A stretch of 64,000 nucleotides of DNA from Tubiluchus corallicola (lineage: Eukaryota > Animalia > Priapulida): contig JAQGDQ010000383.1 of the NCBI GenBank assembly GCA_030141605.1, forward strand, positions 62,001 through 126,000, given 5' to 3'. How positions within the stretch are numbered: position 1 is the stretch's first letter; each line of letters begins with the position of its first letter. A model generated the notes under the pieces. The model ran no database searches, was not told where the DNA came from, and saw nothing but the letters and a program-made list of their open reading frames with translations. Both the position numbers and the translations under genes were made by a program. Positions 26,409-39,500 of the stretch are shown piece after piece.

Positions 26409-28776
26409 CTTGGTCTGAATGTGACACGGGAATCCAGTGCAGCAATTTCTGCCGATCCTGTAGAAAAGTATTAATACCGCTACGGCTAAACAGTACCATT
26501 CTACCAATATGCATAGATGGCGTTTGTCACTGTTTTTACAATCCATGTGCTAAAAACAGCAGTCTTTGTGACCCAGTGCCCGTGTGTAAGTATTTTTTTG
26601 GAATAAAAATGCCAAATTCTGACTGGTCAACCACAGGTTCATTCCATTTACCTATTACACACTGACTTCATGTTGTTGCCAAACTTTGAAGGCTGAAGGT
26701 CAGTCTGAGATAAAAATTACGGCTAAATACAGCTCACGTTAGTTATTACCAGGAAATAACAACCCAGGTAACATTTACAATTAGGACCAAAGACAAGCTA
26801 ACATTATTCGCCTTTGGAACATCAGTACCCCATTAGTGTATGGAAACTGGTCCAGCGTTTGATTTGCTGGGGCTGACATTTATTTAGCACGTTGTCCTGG
26901 GTTGATTGGCCAAGTAGTTTCGGACTGCAAATACGCAGTCTTGAGTTCGATACTAGCGACTGCAAACGCCAGGACATATACCCAAAATGTTTATTCGATC
27001 CTTGTGTGCTGCGTCCTTACCTGTATTGTTGTATAAGTCACCAAATAGTGTTAGTGCTACTGTTGTCTGTTAAATGAGCGATGGTATATAAACCTTGTCT
27101 TTGTCTTTGTCTTTGACATTAGGCCGACGAAGACCCTACCACACAGTGTGCTTCTTTTTCGATATATCTAGCTGGTTCCCTTTGTTTTACCTGACGAAGA
27201 GCCAATACATATTGCCTAGTCCCGGCTATCTGACAATCATTTTTATAAGCATAACATAAATTTAATGTGAGATTTACAATGCCTATTGACTCAAGTTCTT
27301 ATATTTTATTAGCAAAGGGTATGCCTTTAATTTCACTATTTTCATTCTGCTCGTAGTAATACATTAGTTTACGATAGCTTATGTTATATTGCTACTTTGC
27401 TTTAGGTAAAGAGATCGCCCCCTCAGAGGCGCCAACTGCAAGAAATGATGGGCCAAAGTCCACGACCGAATCAGATAGCAGTGAATGTGAGTATATAATC
27501 ATTGTTGATGTGGAAAAAACGCTTAGTGGACTGGTGAACGAGCAATTATTCTTTGAAGAAATAAGGTTTCAAAAGGTGCTCAATATTACAACATGGAACC
27601 CATCTACAGAGGCATATAGTCTTATGACTATTGTAACCAGTGACACGAAGCCTTAAATGTAGTAATGAAATTTGCACCCCATTCAGCGGGTGTGTGCAAA
27701 GTCATTTTTATCGCTTTTATACATAGGTAAAGCATGTTTTACTGTACTACTATTTTAATGTATGTTTTGTTTCCTTATACACAAGTAGTTAGCAAAGTAC
27801 CATCTTACGCAGTTTTTTGCTAAACAAATGAACTTGTCGTAATGTTATGATGCTGAACGCAGCCCAATACTGCAACGTTTTTTTTTATTAGTTTTGGTTG
27901 CAACTTTCTTTCGTTATATCAATCAATTAATCAGTAAATCATTCAGTAAATCAATCAGTCAATAAAAATAATTGATTTAAGTTATTAAAACAATTTTTAC
28001 ATAGACAGAAGCGACGATTTATAGCAATTACTAGCAAATTACTAGTTCAGGTGATTAACTTTAAAAATAATAAATTAATTATAATAATAATAATAATAAT
28101 TATCTATAAAGTAACTTTTTTCTCTTTTTGCATTTCAGTAAATGGAACTATGCAAGATATCCAAACCACCATTTGGGGATTAATAGCAGTGATTTGCATC
28201 TGCATTATGATATACGCATGTTGCTTTTACCTGAGAAAAAAAATGAATAATCCTGAAGCTGGTAATGATCAGCAGCAAGCAGCAACTAATGTAGAAGCAG
28301 CCCAGGTGAACAATGCGCCTCCGCCGCGATACAGCGACATCGTCTCATCACCTTCAGCTAATCGCAATGTGTCAGACGGTAATTTCAGTTTTGGAAGCAA
28401 TGTTATGCTAGTCAGAGAATTATCTAGAATTTCCGGCGACAGTGTCGAGTTGCCAAGTTACGACGAAGCTTTGAAGCTTAGTCGTGATCGTTTGACGGAC
28501 ATCAGTGAAGGAAACGAGCTAGAAAGTTCTGTTGCCACGGATAAGTTATATAACTCTAGAACTACAGTGCAGATACCGCTAACACCGCCTCCCGACGTTT
28601 TTGGGAATGGCGGAAATATCCGAGCTGCCTCTATGCCTAACGTGTTCGAAGAAGAGGGACCAGTTCAGTCACGAAATTTTCAGGAATCACACGTAGCTAT
28701 GTCATTACCTATGCTGCGTGAAAGTGATGCGCAAAATGGAACAACAAACAGTGAAATGCCAAATGTAATATCGTGA
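26409..28776 (+). CDS. Uncharacterised type I membrane protein: Cys-rich ectodomain, Ser/Thr stalk, one TM helix, cytoplasmic PPxY/LPxY motifs (5' exon not securely located)
   Basis: Exons 26409-26585, 27406-27486 and 28139-28776 join in frame at phase 1 with strong sites (ttttcag/gtaagt, tttag/gtgagt, tttcag). TM IWGLIAVICICIMIYACCFYL is followed by RKK; PPRY and LPSY motifs follow. A tentative signal-peptide exon is 24910-24994 (MLQHSLFISLIVFCL...). Confidence 0.8.
26893..27115 (+). mobile_element. tRNA-derived SINE
   Basis: Pol III B-box-like GAGTTCGATAC in a tRNA-like head and a (TCTTTG)n tail. Confidence 0.55.
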
Positions 28777-29429
28777 CATCACGATATAAAGTCCCAAATT
28801 TAAGCTAAGATGATTGGTTCTGTCACGATTTGCAAAGCATGAGGAATGCAGATAGTAAAGATTTTTGCCACTTGGTATAGCAAAAATGCTGCGAAAAGTG
28901 TTTATTTTTTGTGTTTTTACCGACAATTAGTGTAGCTGAATGTGATAATTCTAAGCCCTTTTCGAATTACAGAATATCAGGCCTGATCTAGTGTTTGTGG
29001 ATATTGTAATATCATATTTGTGCTAATAATCTTAAAGCAATCTACTCGGCTTTCAGGACTAAAGTATATTCCGTGAAAGTTCAACACAAGTTATAAAACA
29101 CTAGTTATGAATCGATTGGGAATTATTGACTTCTTTGTCAGTAACCTGTGATCTTGTGATGCCTCAGAAATGCTATTCTGATGCTCACATATTATTGCAC
29201 ATAGTAAAATCCAATGTTTAAGACGCAGGAATGGCCAATGGAAAAGGTTTAACGTTTAAGATACAGCAAAGGGCCACGGTGGCAACGATGGAACGCTTTT
29301 AGCCATTAGAATGGCGTATGAAAACTGAACCCATGAACGCCAAAAATCATCGGAAGAGACACATCACGATCCATGGTAATAAAGAACGCTTACAGATGCA
29401 TTCAGGAATTGCGCATGATAAAAATCAAC

Positions 29430-29572
29430 GGAAAGAGTTTACAATTCCCCGCACAATTTAAATACCCTAACCTTAGCCTTAATCCTAACCTTAACCTTAA
29501 CCCCAACTCTAACCCTAATCCTAATCCGCTAAACGAAATAATTTCTTGTGTGTTGGGAATTGTAAACTTTAC
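29430..29572. repeat. Foldback element with internal degenerate (CCTAAC)n; partial inverted copy at 45230-45287
   Basis: Arms AGTTTACAATTCCC and GGGAATTGTAAACT enclose telomere-like hexamers. The arm plus hexamers recur in TMEM135 intron 9. Confidence 0.7.
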
Positions 29573-32099
29573 CACATCAAGTTTAAAGCCACCAAATATT
29601 ATGATGCGTGATTACAAATCCGTTTGGTAAAAGTGACTGGAAAAGTGTGACATAAAAATGAATGTAAACATCCTGTGAAGCTCAATAGAAGACTACAGGC
29701 GATGTCGTAGGCTTTCATACCATAAAAGTCTAGCGATGTTGTTGAGTGTGCTGAGTGTCCTGACGACTAGTTGTAATGAAGAGTAAATCTCAATCGTATA
29801 ATGATCAATTGACTTAATTTGTTTCATATTAGTCTGTCGAGATTGGTCATTGGTCAACAGACTAACTTCTTCCACATTTGATTAATATACGACACGAATG
29901 TAAAAATTTTACAAGTTAACAAATAAAATTCACGGCTCAGTAATTTTCTTTTTTTCGTTGCACTCAGGTACAGTGTTTGTTACATATTGCTGCTATTACT
30001 TCGTTCCCGGAGTGCAAATGAACGCTACATATACTTGTGCTTAGCCAATTCTTCCAAACAATGACTGAAATTCAAAAGAATTACATTTAAGAGACTCAAC
30101 TCTGTCCACACGATCACAGTTGTTTTTCACTAATGGATACTTTGCACATAACTGTTAGTTTAGTTTAAATATATTTATTTTACAACCTTTGGATATTCAG
30201 TAAAACTGATGCAATTGTCCTCTGGTTGCAGAGATACACTACAAGTACAATACACTAAAGGCAAAGTGTACTGGGATAATTATGTAATTTGTTGAAGGAA
30301 TGTTCTCTTCATTCTTAAAGAACTTGCTTTGGTATGTACGTCTGGAAAGAGAAAACGACATCTTAGAAAACAACGTTTGGGCAAAAAGTATTTGCACGAA
30401 GTCAAACGATAAAGAAACATACTTCTCAGCAAATTACAATTTTAACGCTGTTACGCTAAAAAGCAAAGTATCAGCAATTAATGGAGACCCGTAACTACTT
30501 GGGGGATCTGAGTTGAGACGAATAAAAAAGTCAATCTGTTATACGTCATAACTCACTATGCAGAACATTTCTCAAGTGAATTACTACAAAATTACGAGTA
30601 CACTAATGTACTCTGTGTAATTACAATTTATTACAGAACCCAAAACCTGAATAAAACATCCCAGGATGATGTAAATGTGCTGCAGGACAGCCACAAAACA
30701 GAACTGCTTGTTAAGACGGTCCTACTGTGTGAAAGGGAACTAATTATTACACTGACAGTTTTGTGAAAACCGTCATTGCGTGTACGGTTATTGTAAAGTA
30801 ATTTATATCTGTCAAATTACGTAATATTTATTATGCCATGCTCTTCAGCTACTAGTAACGCATTTAAGAAATAATTTGTATGATAGGCCTATAAAAGAAT
30901 GGAAGTCGAAACAATTTTTCTCGTATAATACGAACATTTAAAAGTATGTAAAACTGGCAAGGGGAGGAAAATATTTTTCAGATTTTTTATAGGGAGTCAC
31001 CTTCTCGAATTGTTGTTAGTACTGTTGATCTGGATGTAAATCAGTACTCGTAATGAGAGGATTAAAAGTATCATTACTATCAAATAAATTCCTAAATTCA
31101 AATGCTATCAATTACGTAAAATTTTCAGTTATTATCAAATAAATTTCTAAGCCACCTGTAGTTTTTTGTTGTTATAATATTACGTCTATAATAATTATTA
31201 AGATTTGGACAATTATCGCTCAACAATTACACATTAGTAAAAACCAAATAAACAAAATAAAAATAATAAAATCTTAAGGCTTATTAGTTAAATGCATGAG
31301 TCACACAAATTTGCATTTTTTTAAAAACAAGCTCATGCATGAAAGAATTAATGATACTGCATACGCTAATACATGTATTTCGCCTCAGCCAACCCTCTCG
31401 TTTAACAGAATTTAATATTGAAGAATATTTAAAATTTTGTTGAACATCATCATTAGACAGATGTTAACTCAATCTGACAGAATATGGTTCAGTGAAATTA
31501 ATGAATTGTTGTTTTGTAAACGATAATATCAAATTGAGCTAAGATTAAGACTGGTGATCTATAATTCAACGTTGACACGTACAATAGTAAATATTAGGAA
31601 GCGAAATTAAAACTCTCGGGAAACAGCGAAACAATTAACAACAATCCGCAACTAATGATACTAACGAATGCCAAAACTTGCCCAGTTTTTCAAACAACCA
31701 CTTTGCAAATACTTACCAAATAATTTTGATAAAGCTAGGCTAGGAAGAAGCAGAGACAATGATTCCACAATCGTCAGGGTTTCATTAATAAAAAGAACCG
31801 AAGATGACAATTTCCTATTAGAATTTTGCATAAAGTTGTACGTCAAGCATTTGATTCCAGAAAGCTGAGGTCCATGCTGAGTCTTTTTCCAAAGCGGATT
31901 GCAACCCGAGAAGCATAAATTGCACATCAGAACAAGATTTGGAGCGTTTCAAATCAGCCGCCATGTTGGCACATCTAGTGGTAGGAAATTTTGAGTGTGC
32001 CAACTGTTAGCGCTGTCACAGTAGGATTGTAGCAGTATGCTTCATCTTCCATTATCGACATCCTAAATCATTTCTCTGTATTTTAATCTTTACTTCGCA

Positions 32100-32480
32100 A
32101 GTGTTACAGTTGCAACATGGAATGTTCGAAGTTTAAAGTTCGACTTTCAGGTGCAGATGCTTGGCAAAAATTTAAAGAAGTGCAGTCTAGTCTGCATTAG
32201 TAGTCAACAAACTCATAAGAAAAATGTCGAAGACCAATCCGTAGGTAGTTATACATTTTCCAACAATGGAGATGAAACTCAATCATTTTTTGTATAGGGT
32301 TTAACGGCACTTTTAAAAGAATTATAGGTTTTCTGTATAACGTCGTCAGTTCTTGTATGATCGCTCTAAAAACTCAGCTCAGTGGTGAAACCCGCACTGT
32401 CAGTAAATGCCTTTTGCGTATGCTCCAACTTTGCCAGACGACGAAAGAAACCCACATGTCTGAGATGCATTTTATGAAGT
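32100..32480 (+). mobile_element. Decayed RTE-type AP-endonuclease fragment
   Basis: VATWNVRSL...QQTH, then AYAPT...DAFYE, with stops and frameshifts. Confidence 0.7.
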
Positions 32481-33536
32481 TTTAGTATTCTCTGAAACTT
32501 AGTACTACGTGGTCGTAACTAAAAAGAAGAAAAAGCAAATATCAGGAAAATATTGACGAAACCCTTCAATAAAGATAACTTCATCACTACGGGTCCTAGA
32601 TGGGAAGATGTTAAAGCTGTATTCAAGAAGACAATGAAGAAATTATTAGTTGTAAAAACTCTAATGCCAACTAGGCATATTTTGGATAATGAACTTGGAA
32701 ATCTCTCAAAGAAATCACTACAGTACAGATTTTTGGCAGTGCAAAGATTTATGTGAAATTGTAATACTAGAAAAAGAAAGAAATAATAATGAACCAAATT
32801 CTCATTCATAAGAAATCAGAGGAAGAGGCTAGCTAGAGCATGTTTAATTATCATAACTGACCCATCAAGAGGAGCTGAAGACAAGTTTTTCAATTGAACT
32901 GAAGAAGACGTTTTACAACAACAAGTGTTTCATCCACTGATTTCTTTAGTCTGTTCACCTATTTATTCTTGATACTTCAAAGGTGTTTCACTATTTTGAC
33001 GAAGAAGCATTTTACTATTATGATTTGAAGTTTAGAAGAAAATGAGCACACTATTAGCACATTTTTGTAAAATCTCTCTATTCATGTGTTCAATATGAAG
33101 GAAAGATGAGCACAGTATTCACTTCTATTGATTGTCACCATGATCAGTCAGGATCTTGGCAAAAATACGTTAAAAAATAATTTTATTGCCACTATGTTAG
33201 TGCAATATGGAATATTTTACCAGATATTAGTTCCATATTGGTACAGTATTCTTCTACAATATTTTATGACCATGTTCTGACAAGACTGCACCAATATTGG
33301 AAACACATGATCTGCACATATTGATCAAAATATTGGTACAATATTATAGCAATATTTTTACACAATATTGGTAAACCAAATTTTCACAAGATTACTGGGA
33401 TTTCCCAGTAAATGCAGCTCAGGCCTGCGTATTTCAGGATGTCTTTGGCAGAACCTTAATATATCTATGATCGCAAAAGTAAGGGCGCGGTGTCCTGTTT
33501 CAGAGCGACATCACGTACTTTGGATTTTTCACAAGT

Positions 33537-36500
33537 ATGTCAGCACTCAGTAAGTTGTTACTTGAACCTTATTTGCCGTACAATTGTTATGAACTTGGTC
33601 ATACGTGGACTCCATTCTGTTCGAGTGCCTTCGTTGAAATTTGGCTTAACGCTCTTAAAGAATCATTTCGTATTTACGCGCCTCTGTATGTGGTAAGAAA
33701 TAAATAATATATTTTTTATTTTACCAGGTGACCCAGGTCTTCTTGGGGTGAAAGTTACACACTAACAGCGTGTGTTACAAAGTCCCTCTCTAGAATTTAT
33801 TTTTTGTAGTTAACCGGCCAACGCAACGATGTTCATCTTGCGCTTAACTAGTACGCTGAAGTTGCTGTGTTTTCTGCTACTGTGCTGGTTATAGGCACAG
33901 AAACCACAGAGATAACAAAAATATTTATGGTCGCTGCTTGGGTATACATAGAAAAGAGCATGTTTAGGTGTAAATCAAAGCGGCAGACTTATGAAGCCAA
34001 GTTTGATGCCATGATGATGCCATGAAAATTGCAGTTCATCAGAATTTACATCTTATTAAAATTTCCGTAGATCGACAGAGTGAAGCCTACGAGTAGGCTT
34101 TTTGCCAATAGTTGTCTCTCTAGATAAACCTCTGTTAATTGTTTAAGCACAAGTTTTCTCTCTCGCTATTTATATTTATGTTGTCTCAAGTGGAAGTGCC
34201 GCCTAGCGGCAGTTGTCATGGTATGGTGGGGAAACAAGGTCAGTGGTGGTATGACAAACTGGTTAGATGTGTTGATTTATGATAAACTGAAATGGTGTTG
34301 CAGAAGGGTTGGATTTTAAAAAAAAACATTAATAAGAGTCCACTCAGGCAGGTACAAAACGTGGAACATCATTGGATGGTCTTCACCCAATACATGACTA
34401 GTTTCTTCTTGAATTGATCTGCTGATATGGTGGTCCATATCAATGTGGTGAGGGGAATTCCAATCATTTATCACTTTGAAAATACATCTGTTCTTATTTC
34501 TGCATCTGGGCTTTGTAATTTTGTATCCCATTCCACGTGGATTAACTGAAAACTATTTTCTGCTATCAATTCTTGTAAGATTGTTGTATATATGCTACAG
34601 CATGATTTGGTCACCTTTTTTCTTCTGAAATGAGGGATGGTAAATTCACTCTCTTCGTTCTTGCTACATATGGTAGATCTTTGATTGATGGTATTAACTT
34701 GGTGAATTTCTATTGAATAGATTTTACCTAACGTACTGCTTGAAGTTTGGATGGACATCAAATTACTTCACCGTAGTCTAATATTGGTCTTATGAATGTT
34801 TTGTAACTAAATAAAAATTATATACACTGCACAACACATTGTATTACAATTATGAGGTGCGGAGAGAACCAATGATTTAGCCTATGATAATCTTATCGCA
34901 TGTTTCGAATAAAGTTAAATGTTATAGTCGAATAAGGTGGTAAATTAATGTTTGTCAATCAGTTGCTAAAAATTGACAAACTAATAGCATCAGCTACATA
35001 AGAATCCAGAGCATTCCAAATGTTTACAACTCTGTTAGTAAATGAGAGATCTGAGATGTTCAGTCTCAAAATATATGTAAACCATTTGAAGTTGCGACCA
35101 TAAAATGATTGGTTGAAGATTCCTGAAATATCATCAAAATTTAAACCTACCGTTTTTTATCAAATTTTGCATAATAGATCAGGGACAAGAATTTGAGTGG
35201 CTGCAATTTTAGTTATAGTAGTTAGTCTTTAGAAGGAAGAAACATGATTAAACTGATATTGTTTATTTCCTTCTGTTTACTTACACAAGTCATTTTAACA
35301 ATGTGGTTAGTCTTCATAAGAACTGCGCATGCTGATTTTTCATGAGTGTATAAAGAATTTTGTTTTGCAAAAAGGTTCAGTGCTTTTACAATAATTTAAT
35401 TTACAATAATTCACAATAATTACTCAGTTTCAGATATGAACAGAACTCTAAGGAAGAGAGTAAGTGTGATGATTTTAACATATATCTGTCACAATCATAG
35501 ATTTGTGACATAATTTAGCATCAAACTTTGTGCAATTTGTAGTAAGCATTTTCAGAGACACAGTAAATGTTACGATAACTAGGGTTTCCACCGCATTTCG
35601 AAAGGGGGTGATGATTCTCCAGCTTATGTTTGGTTTTTTGACAGTATCATCTTGCAACCCTAGTAAAGAACATGTGCTAAAAATGCATTATATGGATTCT
35701 ATTGAAATAAAACAATTACACTCCTTTAGTTTTAAAATTTCAAACATGTCCTACCTCCTTTCAATCTGATACAAGAAAACAGTTTACAAGTTTTGTGACT
35801 CACTGTTTTACGATCTAAGCTAGGATACCTAACGTCATTAGCTGCATTTTAAGAATTAATTTTACAGTTATATGAATGAAATTATAAAATGCATTGGAAT
35901 AATTAAATAAATACAAATCTTGCAACTAGGAGTTGACAAGGACAAATTGTTTTTTAATGCATTTGTTTATTCTTTAAAGCTTTTAGATTCTGTGAGATAA
36001 TGAGTAATCATAAATTGTCTATGTAACATACATATGATAGTTATCACAGAATCTACTATGCTCCCTTCACATGTACTGTAACGGCAAGTAAGTCTTTTTA
36101 GCCAGTGCTTTTCTGTGCTAAACCCTTGCTGCATTAAAAACAGTGCACCAATAGTTTTTCCCTTCTTTTAGGCTTGTGTGACAAGTATAATGCAAACTTA
36201 GTATAAGAAAAGCAAGCACTTTTCAAGCCCTTCTTTCATAACTGTTAAAATGATTCTATCAAAGTTCATAGTTTTATAAGTACTATGAACTGCATATCTC
36301 GATTGTTTACATTGGCATTACCTTTGTATACATTCATACGTGTACGTGTATAAGATAGCAAGAATAAATATGATTTGTGATTTAGAATAAGTGCAATTTC
36401 TTGAAGAAATTTTTCGCCTTTTGTTGGACTAGTATTTTTGCAGTAAGCAAAAGCTAGCACTAAAACTCCAACTGTGTTTTTATACATGTATTTTTAAACT

Positions 36501-39500
36501 CATGCTAAGTTAAGCTATTGTGATGACAAAATAATTGCTTGCTTTAGTGCATCCCCATTGCCCATCCATTTGCATCATATTTGGAAAACTCGTTTATCAA
36601 AATTTATCAAAATTTGGCACTGGCTTGTTCTTCATGCACCCTGGAGCATCAGTTTGACTAAGGTTAGGTCTGTTTAACTTTCTCTGCATATCTTAAAAAC
36701 ATACACATTCCTAGCAGCATTGAGTTGGACTTATGTTGCCATTAGTTTTTTCTAAAAGTCAAATGCCAAAGATTAATGACTTTAGGCAGTACATGTTATT
36801 TAAAAAACAAAAACGTTATTGAAGTACTTTGTTTGTTCATGGTATGTTTCAGAAATAGCGTATCTCTAATTGATTAGCAATTCTAAACCTGTAAATTGAC
36901 ACCTACATTTCCAGGAATAGAGGATCTTAGTGTAGTGAGACTTGATATTGTTCCTGCCATTTGTTTTTCAGCGCTGTTGTAGATTTGCTGCACTAAATAA
37001 CAAAATTACACCAGCATGTGTAGGCTACATCCCGTTGCCAAAATGATTTTTTGATTTTTTATTTGTATTGAGCTGTATTTTAAGCATCTTGCCTGTGGAA
37101 ATTCAGCTCCTTAAACCAAATTGAATTGTTGAATTTCTTAACAATTTTAAATTGTTTTCTTGTGATGCGTATATAAAACAGGTTTCCTATAGCCACTATT
37201 TGTCAGAAATTTCTAGCTGTGCTAGAGACTTAAGATATTATCATTCATCTTAATTATCCAGTTTTCTATATTTTGTATTTAATTTTCTAGATCACAGCTT
37301 TACTGAAGCGTCGAAAAAAAGAATATTACAAGAAACGCATCATACCTGAAATTTTGCAATCAACGATATTTCTATCGTTAAATGGTGCACTTTTTATTGG
37401 AGCTTTTTGTGTCACTGGGTAAGTTAACATTTTAAAACTCTTTTCATAACGTAAGTTACATTTAGTCAATATGCATGTGTTTTCTTGCAAAATGCTTATT
37501 GCATTTACAACTTAAGCAAAAGCAAATGATTTATTATGTTATACAAAATATATGTGCTTGCATTACAAAATTATCCATAAGTCCGCATTTAACTCTTTCT
37601 AGTTATTCTCATACCCCTAATCTCCATTTCGTGAGAATCCTTTTGATACCAAGCTCATTGCTCTATGTTATTTTCTAAGCTGAGATAATCCACGTTAAAG
37701 TTGAGGTGCAGGCTATGCACTAAAAAACATAACCTTGAGAAAATTGCTGTTAAAGTCAGCCGTTGTTTATTGTTGCTTCTCTACAAAACACTTAGCAACC
37801 ATACAAAAGACTAGTTGCTATGGATTTTACAAGAGCACATTCAAGTTATGTTTAAATCTAGTAGATGGTCTTCCTGATGAAGATCTGGGCTTATCAACAG
37901 CTGAAAGCAAAATGATTGCTTCCATGAGCTACTGTCGAAGTTAAAAATAAAACTTTTTTACAATTGCAGTACTAGTTTCTAGCCAGAAAAGTAGGCACAT
38001 TGTTATCAAATTAAATTTTTAGTATTTTTGGACATTTTCTTGATAATTTGATGCTAGAATATAATAGCGTAGCAGAATACAATGCTAGAGTGCAATATAT
38101 TTAGCATTTGTTTTTATAAAAAAACAAAAAATTAACATTTAACCAAATTTTTGCTGCATTCTACTTTGAAGCATCATAACATAGTTTTAACTATGCCAAC
38201 TTATGGATGGTTTTGGTTTGCAAGCACACATATTATTAGCGAGTTTTACGAAGTGATGAAATATTCAAATTGTTTAATAGAATTATTGGTTTACTAAAAA
38301 TTAATCCTTTATTTCGTGAAGAGAGTTCGTTTCTCTAGAAAAACATCCTAAAAACCAGAATTTGAATTTCGATTTCTGGCATTCTGGTTGCTCAGTTCTG
38401 AACGTCTAAATCTTGTGAGAAATGTGCCAGCTGCCACTTTTTGAATGTCAGCAATTTATATGTCTTTCAGGAAAGTTTTGGGAAAATATGGCTATCTTAC
38501 GTGTGGTTTTCTCCCAGCCTTTGTTGCCTCGTTCCTGGCTTTACTCTTTGAAAGGAAAAGTAGGTAAGTCTATCAGGTGCATAGCTTGTAAATTTACTTA
38601 TCTCATAGTTTGTTTTATCATGGCTTGGTGAAAATTGTAAATTTGTTGGTTTTCAAGATGCAAAACCTTTCAGACTCGCTACTATCTAACTTAGTATTGC
38701 TTGTGCTATATTTTTTTACTTATATTGCTTTTATTTCGTACTATGTCTTGATACATTGCTGACTGTAATTCGGTGTTAATAGAACTCTAGTGGCTCATAG
38801 TGTAAAATTCTGAGTCTGAATGTCAGAGTGGAATGGAACAGAAATGGTGCTGAGAAGCTACAGGCATACCAGTGTCTTCTTTTTTCGTTGCATTACTGCT
38901 GTAGTTTTGAAGGCAGAATTCTGGGTGCTCAGTTTCTACAATAGATGTAACGGGCATATGATGATGAAGTCACAGTGCCTTTAATGTTGCTTTCAGACTC
39001 TCCGAGAAAAGTTACCAAACCGTTCACATGTTGCAACTTTACTCTCAGAGAGAATTTGTGCAACAAGTTGTGAGAGAGACTCTATGTGTGAACCCACCAT
39101 AAAGTGTAATGGTTAACTGCCTGGAAAGCAGGTTTCGGGTTTGAGCCCTAGTAAAGCTGCCAAATTTTTCAGTTTTTCTGGTTTAGTATTGCTTATTTAA
39201 CTGTATGGAATTGCAGATGTAAATATTCTAGTTTATCTTCTAATTTAGCTTTTTTTTGCAAATATGCTATATAATATGTTTTCTGCAGGCGGGCAATGCT
39301 GGCTGTGTACTTAACAAATCTAGCTAGTGAGTACATCTTCCGTGCACTGGTGTCACGGGGACTAATTAAGCCAATCAAGTATGGAGAGGTAGGAAAATTT
39401 AGATAATTTTCTTGCCACTTGCTTAATTTGATAATCAATGTTGATGATGTAATACATTGAAACACGATGTTGTACTACCTGCATGATGTTGTAAATTATT

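Noticed and set aside
31930-32010. Second HDV-like fold upstream of the RTE endonuclease remnant
   Set aside because: A P3/L3-like GCC-GCCATGTT-GGC is present, but P1, P1.1 and P2 do not pair adequately.
34300-34800. Minus-strand ORFs faintly like a Gypsy integrase C-terminus (HPMMFHV)
   Set aside because: Single weak motif, with no LTR pair or catalytic residues identified.
38961-38978. 17/18 match to 58989-59006 containing ATGATGA (box C-like)
   Set aside because: Matches of this length are expected by chance in 64 kb of AT-rich DNA, and no well-placed box D or terminal stem was found.
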